DNA of 38,239 bases from Promethearchaeota archaeon (GTDB lineage: Archaea; Asgardarchaeota; Lokiarchaeia; Sigyniarchaeales; SOKP01). The stretch lies in the NCBI GenBank assembly GCA_016930515.1, contig JAFGGO010000149.1, positions 1 to 38,239 of the forward strand. The letters run 5' to 3'. The translations under genes and the position numbers were made by a program. Shown here in pieces: positions 27,350-37,240 of this stretch. A model generated the notes under the pieces. That model worked only from the letters and a program-made list of their open reading frames with translations, was not told where the DNA came from and did not search any database. The stretch's first letter is position 1. Each line of letters begins with the position of its first letter.

Positions 27350-28141
27350 ATGCAGATTTTCGAAGTAGTGGAGCTTGCCGAATCCCCTTATTTTAAAACC
27401 ATTGAAGTCACAAAAGGAGAGAAAGTAAAAGATATACTTCTCGACAGTAAAAAAGTTTTTCTTTTAGTAGATCACGACTCCAAGAAAATTTGGATTTACA
27501 ACGGTATAAAAAGCGAATTAAAACATCAAGTTTACGGTAGTGTACTTGCTGATTTTCTAAAAAAACAGTTAAAAATGTTTTATCGAGTTTTTCTCCTTAA
27601 CGAAATTAATCCCGAATCTCAGGAATTTAAGCAATTAGCGGAGAAAAACCTTGGAGGCGGAAGAGCAATTGAAATAACTGAATCAGATATCGCAAAAAAG
27701 TCGTTTTCAAGCACATTCATCAAAATTGACACGAATATTCGAATAAATAAGGTATTAGCTTCTTTATCAGAGAGACCTCAACCCGATCCTGCAATTTATA
27801 AAAAAAGACTCGTGGTATGTGGTGGTAGCGTCTATTCAGAAGAGGAGGAATACAAAACCTTCTTAAAAGATGATCACTTAATAGTAAAACCAATAAAATT
27901 AGGACAATTAAATAATGGATTTACATTTTTTGATGATCATAATTACTCGACTCGTTTAACCATAAAAGATAGAAAGGTACAAGCCATTGAATTATTTGTT
28001 AAAAAAGCCGAGAAAATTCCATCTTTAGAATTAGAAGTTCCCACAATTCCTGATGATAAATTGAGCACGATTAACAAGATCGAACAATTAAAAGATGCAT
28101 TTCGAATTCCTGAAGAGATTGTTGATCATAACGAAAAATAA
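27350..28141 (+). CDS. Protein with N-terminal gelsolin-like domain
   Basis: LDSKKVFLLVDHDSKKIWIYNG..S...A..L...ESQEF matches the gelsolin repeat pattern L.S.D.F.LD....I..W.G...E..EF. Confidence 0.6.
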   Translation: MQIFEVVELAESPYFKTIEVTKGEKVKDILLDSKKVFLLVDHDSKKIWIYNGIKSELKHQVYGSVLADFLKKQLKMFYRVFLLNEINPESQEFKQLAEKNLGGGRAIEITESDIAKKSFSSTFIKIDTNIRINKVLASLSERPQPDPAIYKKRLVVCGGSVYSEEEEYKTFLKDDHLIVKPIKLGQLNNGFTFFDDHNYSTRLTIKDRKVQAIELFVKKAEKIPSLELEVPTIPDDKLSTINKIEQLKDAFRIPEEIVDHNEK

Positions 28142-28320
28142 TTTCTTGATTTTGCATTCTCGAATGTATTTCTGGATTTAAAGGAAGATTATCTCCACAA
28201 AATAATCGTTTTAATTAAAAAGTTTAATAACCAATATCATTTTTTAATTACATGCAGATAATGAGATTTTTATATTATCCTAAAATAAGATAATAAAATA
28301 GATATAATAAAACTAAGAAG

Positions 28321-29646
28321 ATGACTAAAATGGATTTTTTTGTCGGAGAAGCTTTAATTGGAGAAGCTCCAAATCTTGCCCACATAGACCTTTTAATTGG
28401 ATCAAAAGAAGCCTTAGGGACTTCATTTGCGAACGCAGTTAGCAATCCAAGTATAGGACACGGGGGACTACTTGCATGCATCCGACCTAACTTGGTACCT
28501 AAGCCGTATACGCTTATTATTCCTAAAGTAACGGTAGCTAAGATGGAAGACGCAAACAAGATATTTGGACCGGCTCAGGCTGCCGTGGCAAAGGGCGTCG
28601 CCGATTGCGTTGAGGAAGGCATCATCCCCATGAAAAAATTGGACGATTGGCTCATTATCGCAAGCGTTTTTATTCATCCCGCCGCAACCGATTATAGGAA
28701 GATTTATCAATATAACTATGGCGCAACGAAATTAGCGTTAAGAAGGGCTTTAGAAGGTTATCCTCCAATTGAAAAGATCTTTTACGATAAAGATAGGGCC
28801 AAGCACCCCGTCGCCGGCATGAGGGTTCCAAGGTTATGGAGACCCCCATACATCCAAGTTGCCCTCGATCATCCCTCAGTTGAACACCAGAAAAAGGTAA
28901 TAAAGCAGTTACCAAAGAGTGACAGGATCATCTTAGAAGTTGGTACTCCGTTTCTAAAAAAATACGGAGTAGAATCAATTAAAGAAGTTAGAGCAATGGC
29001 ACCCGACATGTTCATTGTTGCCGACTTAAAAACGCTTGATGTAGGCAAGCTCGAGGTCGATTTCGCCTTCGATGCAACTGCCGACGCTGTTGTAGCAAGC
29101 GGATTGGCATCGTCTTCTTCGATTGATAAGTTTGTTTTAGAAGCACAGAGGATGGGAATATATGCGTTTGTAGATACAATGGAAGTCGAGGATCCAATCG
29201 CAAAGTTAAGCTCGTTAAAACAGATTCCTGATGTGGTGATACTACATCGCGCCATCGACGCAGAATCTGCAGCTTCGGGAACTGATGCGGCTCAAAGAGA
29301 AAGATGGAGATATGTACCGAAGATAAAGGAATTATACAAGAGTAAAAAATTAGCTTCTGGGCGAGATCGCGTTTTAATAGCAGTTGCGGGAGGAATAGAG
29401 CCTCCATCGGCTCGATATGCACTTGAGATGGGTGCAGATATCCTCATTGTAGGGAGGTTCATTACTTCGAGTAACGATGTTAAAAACGCTGCAAGGTTGA
29501 TTCTTAACGCACTACCGGGCGAATCTGATATCGATTTGAAAAGGATACATACCGACGACGACGATACAAATAACATATCAGATTTACAACCAATACCAGG
29601 CATTAAAAAGAAATCATCAACTTCGTCCTATAAGGATATTGAATAA
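28321..29646 (+). CDS. fae-hps: Bifunctional formaldehyde-activating enzyme / 3-hexulose-6-phosphate synthase
   Basis: Fae: GEALIG..AHIDLLIG, FGPAQAAVAKGVAD, VFIHP, NYGATK. HPS: QVALD, EVGTP, ADLKTLDVG, HRAID, AVAGGI, VGRFIT. Confidence 0.93.
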   Translation: MTKMDFFVGEALIGEAPNLAHIDLLIGSKEALGTSFANAVSNPSIGHGGLLACIRPNLVPKPYTLIIPKVTVAKMEDANKIFGPAQAAVAKGVADCVEEGIIPMKKLDDWLIIASVFIHPAATDYRKIYQYNYGATKLALRRALEGYPPIEKIFYDKDRAKHPVAGMRVPRLWRPPYIQVALDHPSVEHQKKVIKQLPKSDRIILEVGTPFLKKYGVESIKEVRAMAPDMFIVADLKTLDVGKLEVDFAFDATADAVVASGLASSSSIDKFVLEAQRMGIYAFVDTMEVEDPIAKLSSLKQIPDVVILHRAIDAESAASGTDAAQRERWRYVPKIKELYKSKKLASGRDRVLIAVAGGIEPPSARYALEMGADILIVGRFITSSNDVKNAARLILNALPGESDIDLKRIHTDDDDTNNISDLQPIPGIKKKSSTSSYKDIE

Positions 29647-29849
29647 ACTTTCACCATTTTTTTTCCTTTTTCTGTATTTAAAAATTTATCTCATTTAATT
29701 AAAAGCTTAAAATACTTTATTTAATTGGAAATTATTCGAGTTTTAATCATTCAGAAAAACAATAACGAAGATTACAACACATGAATAAAGCTATAATAAA
29801 TTTATACAATAAGTAATTGATAAAAAATAAACAAAAATAATAATTTTAA

Positions 29850-32342
29850 TTATTTTAAAGGCCTACTATTAGCCAAGAAAATAGGTCCAATAAATTGAGA
29901 GTAAAGCTTGCTATAGCCTTCCTGATTGCTAATGATTGCAACCAAGTCGCTTTCTTTTTCCGTATAAGGAGCGAGTATGACTTCTTCTGCGTCTCTGGTG
30001 ACTGCGTAAAATTCTCCCGGCGCTGTTAGTTGTCTGAATTGGATGTTTCCAAGGACTTTCATCTTATTTATGATATCGCCGTATGCTTGTATGTCCCAAT
30101 GGGAGGTTACAAGAAATCTTACTGCTTTCTTTTGATAAGCGTACTGGGAAATCACCTGCAAGATATCTGGTTCAACGATGGGCATGACAATTATGATAGA
30201 TGATTTAACCCTGTATATGGCGTCTTTAATGCAATTTAGTAATGCGTCTCGACCGACAACGGGCCAAGTCGTGACTTGGGAGAACTCGGGAATATTCGCC
30301 GAAGCTTGATGGATGTCCGTAAGTTTATTCTCGTTTTCTTCAGCATGCTCATTAGCATCGTCAATAGAGTTCATGAATTGTAACGTAAAATCGGCAATGG
30401 CGTCCTTCACATTTTGAATCGTATCTTTTGTTGTATTTGCCAAGCTTTCTTGGAGAGTTAAAGCGTTAGTTTCGTATTTCGACTTGTGGTCGTTAAGCAT
30501 GTTGGACAAATTCGTGTTCATATCGGCAGATTCACCGTTCCAGAGGGATATTTCTGCGTCTATTTTTTGCGAAGTATTTTTCTTGGAATTATCGAAGTCA
30601 CCTCGAATCTTTGTTTGTCGATCAGTAATGAGTTTTTCGTGTTTGGCTTTATATTCGTTAAGTTTGTTGATTTGACCTTCAATTTCTGCGGATATGTTTC
30701 TTTTGGCTTCCGTGAAGTTTTGATCGACATTCCTTACCCAATCAGCGTTTTTATTTTTTATGTCATTATCGAACTCAGAATAATGCCTTAAAGAATCCTC
30801 TTTATGGCCATTGATGGCGCTTTGGTATTGTGAATGATGCGTCTTCAACGATTTTTCAAGTGAATCTTTAAGTTTTATCGAAGTATCAGAACAATCTTTC
30901 ACACCACTTTGTAGCGTCGTGTCAACTTCAGATGCCAAGTCAGTTGCTAGGCTCGAAAGTTGAGCGTCAATTGTTTCTTGAGCTTTTTTATCGAGCTCGT
31001 TTGTTTCTTTAGCAAGCGAATCGTTTTCTTTTGTCATGATCCCAGAGATATCAGATTTTATCTGTTGGGTTGTAGCGTTCGTATTTTCAACATAGTCATC
31101 AGTAATATTGGTAAAATTTGGACGTAGCGATTCAACAATCTGTATGATATCTCTGATTGTTATTTCGTGCCTGGCCTTGTATTTTTTCTTTTTTCCAAGC
31201 CAGAAAAATCCTTTTTTTGCCATGTCTTCTGAAAAATCAGAAAAACGATTGGCTTGTTCTATGAGGTTATTAACAAGAGTTTTTGAATTGTTCTTAAAAG
31301 AAACGCATTGTTCCTTGAGCGTTTGATGTCTTTCATCAACAGTTGATTTTAAACTCGTTTGCAGCGAATCACTAGTGCTTTTTACATGAACTTTTTGCTC
31401 GGTTAATAATCGAGAAAACCTATCTTTTAAGTCTTCGGTTACTTTATTCATTCGTTCTAAGTATTTTTCAAGGATTTGTTCCATCCTCGGTTTGAGATCG
31501 TTAGCCGTGTCCTTGTGCCTCTCAACATGTTCATCTAAGTCCTTTTTGAGTTCAGCATCGAGTTCGCTCACGCGTTTGCCAAAATCGGATAATAAATCGG
31601 CAATTAATTGGTTCAAGTTAGCTTTTATTCCGTTTATTGCCCCCTCGTTGTCTTTAACGAACGCTTGCGATATGTTTTTAAGTTCAGTATTAAGCGAATC
31701 GTGAATTTTATGAGTATTAGCTTCTAATGTCTTAGATTGAGAGTTTTGTGCGTCTTTTATTACCGTGAGAGCCGTATCTAATTCGTCGATGTCGTTTTTT
31801 AATTCCTCAAAATCTTTTTCAACATTTGCGTGTAAATCAGATTCCAATGTTTTTAAGGTCGTGGAAAGCCTCTTAGTTGCTTTATCGATCCTATCCTTTT
31901 TACTGGCGCTTTTTGCGTCAGAATCTTGAAAGAATTCGTTTACTTGTTGTTTAACTGCCGTGTCAACTTCCGTCAAGCTCTTGTCTTGAATGGACTCCAA
32001 TTTTTCAAATCGATTTGATTGATCCGCAAGAATTGCGTCTTTAATCTTGCTAATTTCTGTTCTAAAAAGCTCCGATTCCTTGGTGAACAATTCAAAATAA
32101 GGTTCAAGTGGAACGAATCGCGGTTCTATTCCCTCTATTCTCTTCAGAAAGCCTTTTTCTACGAGCATGTTTGTAGTTTCTTCGATCTTAGTGTATTCAT
32201 ATTCGTATTTCTCTTCCAAGGTCATATACACTTCGCTCATCGTGGCTCTTGGCACTCTAAGATATACTATATAAATATTGATATCGTCTTCGGTAAATCC
32301 ATAGCGAGTAAATACATTCTTAGTAATTTCTTTGAGACTCAA
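29850..32342 (-). CDS. TrmB-like regulator split by a ~600-aa coiled coil
   Basis: N-terminal TrmB-type wHTH (YGFTEDDINIYIVYL...LVEKGFL...PRFVPLEP), long heptad region, and C-terminal TrmB effector-like domain (WPVVGRDALLNCIKDAI..VKSSIIIVMP...RDAEEVILAP). Confidence 0.75.
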   Translation of the reverse strand: MSLKEITKNVFTRYGFTEDDINIYIVYLRVPRATMSEVYMTLEEKYEYEYTKIEETTNMLVEKGFLKRIEGIEPRFVPLEPYFELFTKESELFRTEISKIKDAILADQSNRFEKLESIQDKSLTEVDTAVKQQVNEFFQDSDAKSASKKDRIDKATKRLSTTLKTLESDLHANVEKDFEELKNDIDELDTALTVIKDAQNSQSKTLEANTHKIHDSLNTELKNISQAFVKDNEGAINGIKANLNQLIADLLSDFGKRVSELDAELKKDLDEHVERHKDTANDLKPRMEQILEKYLERMNKVTEDLKDRFSRLLTEQKVHVKSTSDSLQTSLKSTVDERHQTLKEQCVSFKNNSKTLVNNLIEQANRFSDFSEDMAKKGFFWLGKKKKYKARHEITIRDIIQIVESLRPNFTNITDDYVENTNATTQQIKSDISGIMTKENDSLAKETNELDKKAQETIDAQLSSLATDLASEVDTTLQSGVKDCSDTSIKLKDSLEKSLKTHHSQYQSAINGHKEDSLRHYSEFDNDIKNKNADWVRNVDQNFTEAKRNISAEIEGQINKLNEYKAKHEKLITDRQTKIRGDFDNSKKNTSQKIDAEISLWNGESADMNTNLSNMLNDHKSKYETNALTLQESLANTTKDTIQNVKDAIADFTLQFMNSIDDANEHAEENENKLTDIHQASANIPEFSQVTTWPVVGRDALLNCIKDAIYRVKSSIIIVMPIVEPDILQVISQYAYQKKAVRFLVTSHWDIQAYGDIINKMKVLGNIQFRQLTAPGEFYAVTRDAEEVILAPYTEKESDLVAIISNQEGYSKLYSQFIGPIFLANSRPLK

Positions 32343-32524
32343 TTCCTATCACATTTTTAGTTGTTTATACTAAACGTATTTGTATTTCGAACGTTAAATA
32401 AAAATAATATGGTGATCATATTTAATAATATTTTCTAATCGTCAAGAACTAATAAATAATGCGAAAAGATTTGATTATTATAGAGATTCCCTTTCTTAAA
32501 GGACGATCAAATTTGTTCTTTTTT

Positions 32525-32557
32525 ATTGGGGAACATTATTCCTCAATCGTTTTTATA
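32525..32557 (+). promoter_or_regulatory. Imperfect inverted repeat directly upstream of a TATA-like box
   Basis: ATTGGGGAA-CATTA-TTCCTCAAT (32525-32547, 8/9 symmetric), followed by TTTTTATA at 32550-32557. Confidence 0.4.
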
Positions 32558-32614
32558 GCGCATTGATTTCTTCTTCCTAAAGGAATTTAATGATAAATAA
32601 AACATAATAATAAC

Positions 32615-33316
32615 GTGAAAAAAATGAATAAAAAACGATCTATATTATTAGGTTTCTTAGCGGGATTGGTTCTTCTTTCATTAGTGAATTTGAACTTTGT
32701 TGCTGCCGCACCAGAATCGACTCCAGTACCAGTTGCAGGAAATTCTTACCAAACACAATTACAAGCACACGAAAGAGTGACTTATCGATTCCAGCAAAGG
32801 ACGCAATTAACCATTAATTGTTCAGAAGATTGTCAATTAAACATGTTTTGCAACGCACTCCAAATAGGAACCAAGTCTTTCGAACTTGACATTGAAACCG
32901 ACGAAAAACTCGAAATCAACATGACTTGTAACGAAGAGGAAGCAATGTTGGGATTGATCAATGGACACGCGTATACGGCGAGAAATCGCAATAGATACCA
33001 ATATCAGGAAGGATTTTGCGTCTCCTTGGAATGTAACGGAACATTTACTCAGGCGAGGCTTAGAATCGAAGTGACTGCTCAGAATCGAGAAGGAAAATGG
33101 GCGTATTACAACGGAAGCACGCAAGAATGGGTTACCGTTCCAACAACCGTCGAGAATGGATATTTGGTAGCGTCCACGGATCACTTCTCGACTTGGACGG
33201 TTTTAATCCCTGAAACGACTAATCCTGATTACACGCTTTTCATTGTTTTAGGAGTCATAATAGTGATAGGCGTCGTTGCCGCTATAGGAATTCTCATGTA
33301 TGTGAAAAAGAGATAA
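32615..33316 (+). CDS. Secreted, C-terminally membrane-anchored beta-rich surface protein with an HFS motif
   Basis: Signal peptide, beta-rich ectodomain ending TDHFSTWTV, TM helix, KKR tail. Confidence 0.8.
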   Translation: MKKMNKKRSILLGFLAGLVLLSLVNLNFVAAAPESTPVPVAGNSYQTQLQAHERVTYRFQQRTQLTINCSEDCQLNMFCNALQIGTKSFELDIETDEKLEINMTCNEEEAMLGLINGHAYTARNRNRYQYQEGFCVSLECNGTFTQARLRIEVTAQNREGKWAYYNGSTQEWVTVPTTVENGYLVASTDHFSTWTVLIPETTNPDYTLFIVLGVIIVIGVVAAIGILMYVKKR

Positions 33317-33372
33317 TCATATAAAAAAATAAAAACCTTTTTTTTTATTTTATTATTGTTGGTAAGCGCAAA

Positions 33373-34617
33373 ATGAAATCAAAAAAATTAATGTTAATAG
33401 CCTTGTTTTCCATCGTATTTGTATTCATTCAATTTAATTATTTATCTAATTTCTCTTCTGCTAGAATGGAACGGATTAATGGATTTGAAGCGCATGATTG
33501 GCTGAACGCCAACGATAACGCCACTTATGTTTTTAATAATAATATTTCAATGGGAATTTCAACGAATGCTCCTTTAGAAATTGATATAAAATACGATCAA
33601 TACATTATAAATCGCCAAATTAACCTTTCGATCGATGCAAACGATAGTTTATATTTAGAGATATCCACTAAAACGAATTTAGTTGACTTTGGATTTTCTC
33701 ACGCGCCCGAGAACCCCAGACAAGAAAGAAATGTAGTTAAATATAATTATAATTGTATTTATAGCATTATTTCGAACCAATCTATTAGCAATTTGTCGAT
33801 TAGTTTTCTTAAAACAAGTCAAAACGGTTTAATTTCCCAGAATCGCTACCAATTAGCGTTATACGAACCGGCGCAAAATGCTTGGGTACTCGTGAATACG
33901 ACTGAAAAGGAAATAGAACCAAGCTCCGAAACTTATTTAGAAAGCGAATTATCGAATCTTGAAGCAGGAGAAACATATTATTTTACGCTATATGAAATAA
34001 GCGAAACACCTCCACCAGATTGGACGGGAACCATTATTATCGTTGGTATTACGATTTTAATAGGAATTCTTGCGATTGTGTTAATTATTTCAAAAACGGA
34101 TTACATAAAATACTTGAAAACTAGAACAGTAGCAATATCAACTGGACCACATCGCTTATCCCTAGAAGACGTGTTGGAAAACGAGAACCGGAGCACGATA
34201 ATCGATATAATTTTAAAAGAGCCAGGAATCCATTTCAACGAGCTCTTGAGAAAAACAGAATTAGCAGCAGGCAACCTCGTGTGGCATTTAGAAATCTTGG
34301 ATAAATACAAGATCATTGGAAAAAAAGACGTGGGAAGATACGTCGTGTATTTTCCATATTACCAAAAAAATCCCATTTCAAACATCGATCTCAAGCTCCA
34401 AAAAAGCAGGCTCACGCTTGAAATCCTCGAAATGATCGAAGAGGACCCAGGACTGTGGAATAGCGCTATTTCAAAGCGCTTAGAAATTGACCACAAGACC
34501 GTATTATATCACCTCAATAAGCTCATGGATTTGGGACTCATAATCTTTAAAAAAGACGGTAGAAAAAAGAAATACTTTCCCAACTTTGAATCTGATTATT
34601 TTAACGGTAAATCATGA
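33373..34617 (+). CDS. Membrane-spanning one-component regulator: ectodomain + TM + tandem wHTH
   Basis: Signal/TM, ectodomain, TM, then LENENRSTIIDIILKEPGIHFNELLR..GNLVWHL and a second HTH (ILEMIEEDPG...ISKRL...TVLYHLNKL). Confidence 0.85.
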   Translation: MKSKKLMLIALFSIVFVFIQFNYLSNFSSARMERINGFEAHDWLNANDNATYVFNNNISMGISTNAPLEIDIKYDQYIINRQINLSIDANDSLYLEISTKTNLVDFGFSHAPENPRQERNVVKYNYNCIYSIISNQSISNLSISFLKTSQNGLISQNRYQLALYEPAQNAWVLVNTTEKEIEPSSETYLESELSNLEAGETYYFTLYEISETPPPDWTGTIIIVGITILIGILAIVLIISKTDYIKYLKTRTVAISTGPHRLSLEDVLENENRSTIIDIILKEPGIHFNELLRKTELAAGNLVWHLEILDKYKIIGKKDVGRYVVYFPYYQKNPISNIDLKLQKSRLTLEILEMIEEDPGLWNSAISKRLEIDHKTVLYHLNKLMDLGLIIFKKDGRKKKYFPNFESDYFNGKS

Positions 34618-34626
34618 ATAATATTT

Positions 34627-36027
34627 TTAGAAGCTTGAAATTAAGGTATTAATATCGTTAGCGAAAATTAGGATAAACACAAAAATTACGATTATTAAAA
34701 GGCAAAAAACATTACTTCTTCTTATACTCGCGCGTTCGTAAATGTGTCTTGCTCTCGAGGTAAATTCCTTAGCTTTAGCCTTGTATAAGTATTTAAGTCC
34801 CTTTTGGGTAAGCGAGAGTTGAGCGTTCGTTTCTTTTATGTTTCCCCCTTCAATCAATTTATTCAGGTGTTTTTCGGCAACGAGCTCGCCTAAATTTTCG
34901 TAAAAGAAATCTGCAAATCCCTCGTAATACAGCTTTCCAAGCTCGAGACCTTGTTTAAAATTATTTAATAATTGATTTCGGTCAAGGCTTTCTCGTCTAA
35001 TGTTGGCGAATAAATAACCCGATAAGCGGTTATGATAGACGTGATCCGCAATTACTTTTATTTCGGTAATGTCAAACTCCTTTTCTTTTTTTATCAATTC
35101 TCTTAAAAGTTCGACTCCTTCTTTGAATATAACGATTGAAATGACAATTCCAACGATTGCATCGACGAAATAATATTTGAAAATGGAAAAAGTAAGACCG
35201 ATTAACACGCCCAGAGATATATAGATATTAATTTGCGAATCTTTTGAATCGCTCAGTAAGGAAAGATTCCCTGAAATCCTTCCAACCATGCTTTTCAGGA
35301 ACATCAAACCTGCGTTCATTACAATCGAAAAAATACTAATCAGATAGGCTTGAATGGTGGGAATTATTTGAGAAATATTGAGCAAGGATTCGATTGCAGA
35401 CCATAAAAGACTTATTCCCGTAATTAACATCAATATGGTTATGATCATGCTCGCTAATTTGTCCTTTTTCAATTTAAAACAAAAAACTATGATCAATCCA
35501 ATCTTGATGAGGTCGGTTAGGTTTTCCATTCCTTCGTTTAACATGGCACTTGAGCCTAATTGTAATCCGGTTATTATTTTTAGAAGAGAAAGGATTATCA
35601 AAACGATGGCAGTTCCCAGCATTGCGGTCTTTTCCGAAAAAAAGAGTCGCATCCAATGCGAGGCGTGTAAATTATTTAAATAACATAACTCTACCAGATC
35701 TTTTCCTCGTTTGGTGAGCTTGATTAATCCGTTTTGATCAATTGAAACGAGATCTTGATTTTTAGCAGTTTGAAGGAACTCCTCGACATCTTGAGATTCC
35801 ACAACCAGTTGGTTTGTCGAGGATATGAAAATGTGTTTCATGTTGGCTTTCAGAGAATCAATCGTGTTAATTCCATCGTAAATGAATGCGAGAAACCCAT
35901 AGAAATACCCGGTGTGAGGCTCGCTGTGGTGCTTGAAGAATTCTTTATAAAGAGCCATTTTCTCCCTATTAGGGCCCTTTTTTAAGTCTTTTAACGAATA
36001 TCTTGCTTTAAGATCCGATAAAACCAT
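34627..36027 (-). CDS. Cation diffusion facilitator (CDF)-like transporter flanked by wHTH-like domains
   Basis: Six-TM core with LKIITG...SSAMLNEGMENLTD, SLLSDSKDS and VDAIVGIVIS; flanking soluble regions end in IKLTKRG and LSLTQKG wing motifs. Confidence 0.75.
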   Translation of the reverse strand: MVLSDLKARYSLKDLKKGPNREKMALYKEFFKHHSEPHTGYFYGFLAFIYDGINTIDSLKANMKHIFISSTNQLVVESQDVEEFLQTAKNQDLVSIDQNGLIKLTKRGKDLVELCYLNNLHASHWMRLFFSEKTAMLGTAIVLIILSLLKIITGLQLGSSAMLNEGMENLTDLIKIGLIIVFCFKLKKDKLASMIITILMLITGISLLWSAIESLLNISQIIPTIQAYLISIFSIVMNAGLMFLKSMVGRISGNLSLLSDSKDSQINIYISLGVLIGLTFSIFKYYFVDAIVGIVISIVIFKEGVELLRELIKKEKEFDITEIKVIADHVYHNRLSGYLFANIRRESLDRNQLLNNFKQGLELGKLYYEGFADFFYENLGELVAEKHLNKLIEGGNIKETNAQLSLTQKGLKYLYKAKAKEFTSRARHIYERASIRRSNVFCLLIIVIFVFILIFANDINTLISSF

Positions 36028-36120
36028 GATAGTCTTTAGTATGCTAGTTCAGTGGATTATTGAATAATAATTCGTTAATCGTTAAAAAATTTATATATGT
36101 ATCAAACCTACAAATTATTC

Positions 36121-36621
36121 ATGATCAATCCCAAAAAATTGCTTGACCTCATGAAACAACGGAGAAGCATCAGGAGTTTTCGTGAAGAGATGCCCTCGGA
36201 CGATGAGATAAATATGATTATCAAAGCGGGAAGATGGACGCCCAGCGCTTCAAATAGACAACCCTGGGAGTTTATCGTTATAAAAAACAAGCAGGTCATA
36301 CAAAAGATCGCGGCAACTCAAAGTCAGGGCTTTTCGATTCAAGCGCCTTTTCACGTGGCAATCGTTGGAAAAAAACAGGAAAGTCCTAACTGACACTTGA
36401 TCGATACTTCTTTAGCCTCGATGAACATGATCTTGATGGCGTGGTGTTTAGGCATAGGTACTTGCTGGATTGGAGCAATGGATAATGATAAGGTAAAACC
36501 AGTATTAGGTTTGCCTGAAAGCGAATTTTTACTCACCATTTTACCTTTTGGATACACCAAGGGAAACATCTCAAAGGGATACAGGAAATCACTTGAAAAA
36601 CTAAGAAAGGACATTCAATAA
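36121..36621 (+). pseudogene. Nitroreductase family gene interrupted by an in-frame TGA
   Basis: RRSIRSF, TPSASNRQPWEF, then ESPN-TGA(36391-36393)-HLIDTSLA...LGIGTCWIG...PFGY, all in one frame. Confidence 0.8.
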
Positions 36622-36777
36622 GTGAAATTCATCGAATCCTAATTTGATGTGTTTTAGTCTAAGTACGATAATTCCTGTAATATTCTCGTGAAATACGGAA
36701 TCTACTTCGTGATTTCCCGTAGACTCTATAATTCCTTTCAAAATAAAGGGAATGTTTTCGTCAAGTTTAAATTTCAC
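36601..36777 (-). pseudogene. DUF5615/VapC45-like PIN toxin with an internal deletion
   Basis: (GTG)KFKLDENIP...GNHEVDSVFHENITG is joined directly to IIVLRL; the central D...ILIT.D.DF catalytic segment is missing. Overlaps the antitoxin stop. Confidence 0.7.
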
Positions 36778-37015
36778 TGTCTTGAAATCTCAAGGGAAGC
36801 ACTTGCTCTTGGGCTAAAATTGCTCCATATTGAAGAGCACTTTTAATATGCTTCTCTTGAAGAGTTGAATAATTTTTTAATATTTCTCGACTCATACTTT
36901 CTGCCAAACAATCCAAAATGACAGACACTAGAACCCAAATATTTTTTACGCAAGCTTTTCCGTGACAAATATTAGGATCGATTGATATATCCTCTTTCCA
37001 ATTCCTTTCATTCAT
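36767..37015 (-). CDS. DUF433 family antitoxin
   Basis: ISIDPNICHGKACVK...V..ILD.LA...EIL..Y..L....I..AL.Y; possibly degenerate. Confidence 0.85.
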   Translation of the reverse strand: MNERNWKEDISIDPNICHGKACVKNIWVLVSVILDCLAESMSREILKNYSTLQEKHIKSALQYGAILAQEQVLPLRFQDSEI

Positions 37016-37240
37016 TATATTATTTATCTAAATTTTATCCTATTAATTTTACAGTTTTATATAAGATTTAGATTTTAAGTATAATTTAAACAATGATTGC
37101 TCTTAAAAAAAAGGAAAAAATCCGAATGTTGTTATTTTAAGGTAATTAACGCATTAATTTTCGGTAGTTAGTTTAATTCCTAACGAAATTTCAAACGATT
37201 ATTCCTTATTGTTTTAGACCTGTCTAACCTTAGCTACGAA

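Noticed and set aside
36391-36393. Selenocysteine or genome-wide UGA=Trp recoding in the nitroreductase
   Set aside because: The position looks like a Trp site one base from TGG rather than a Cys site; no SECIS like the selD one follows; TGA ends intact genes elsewhere (e.g. 8251, 34617).
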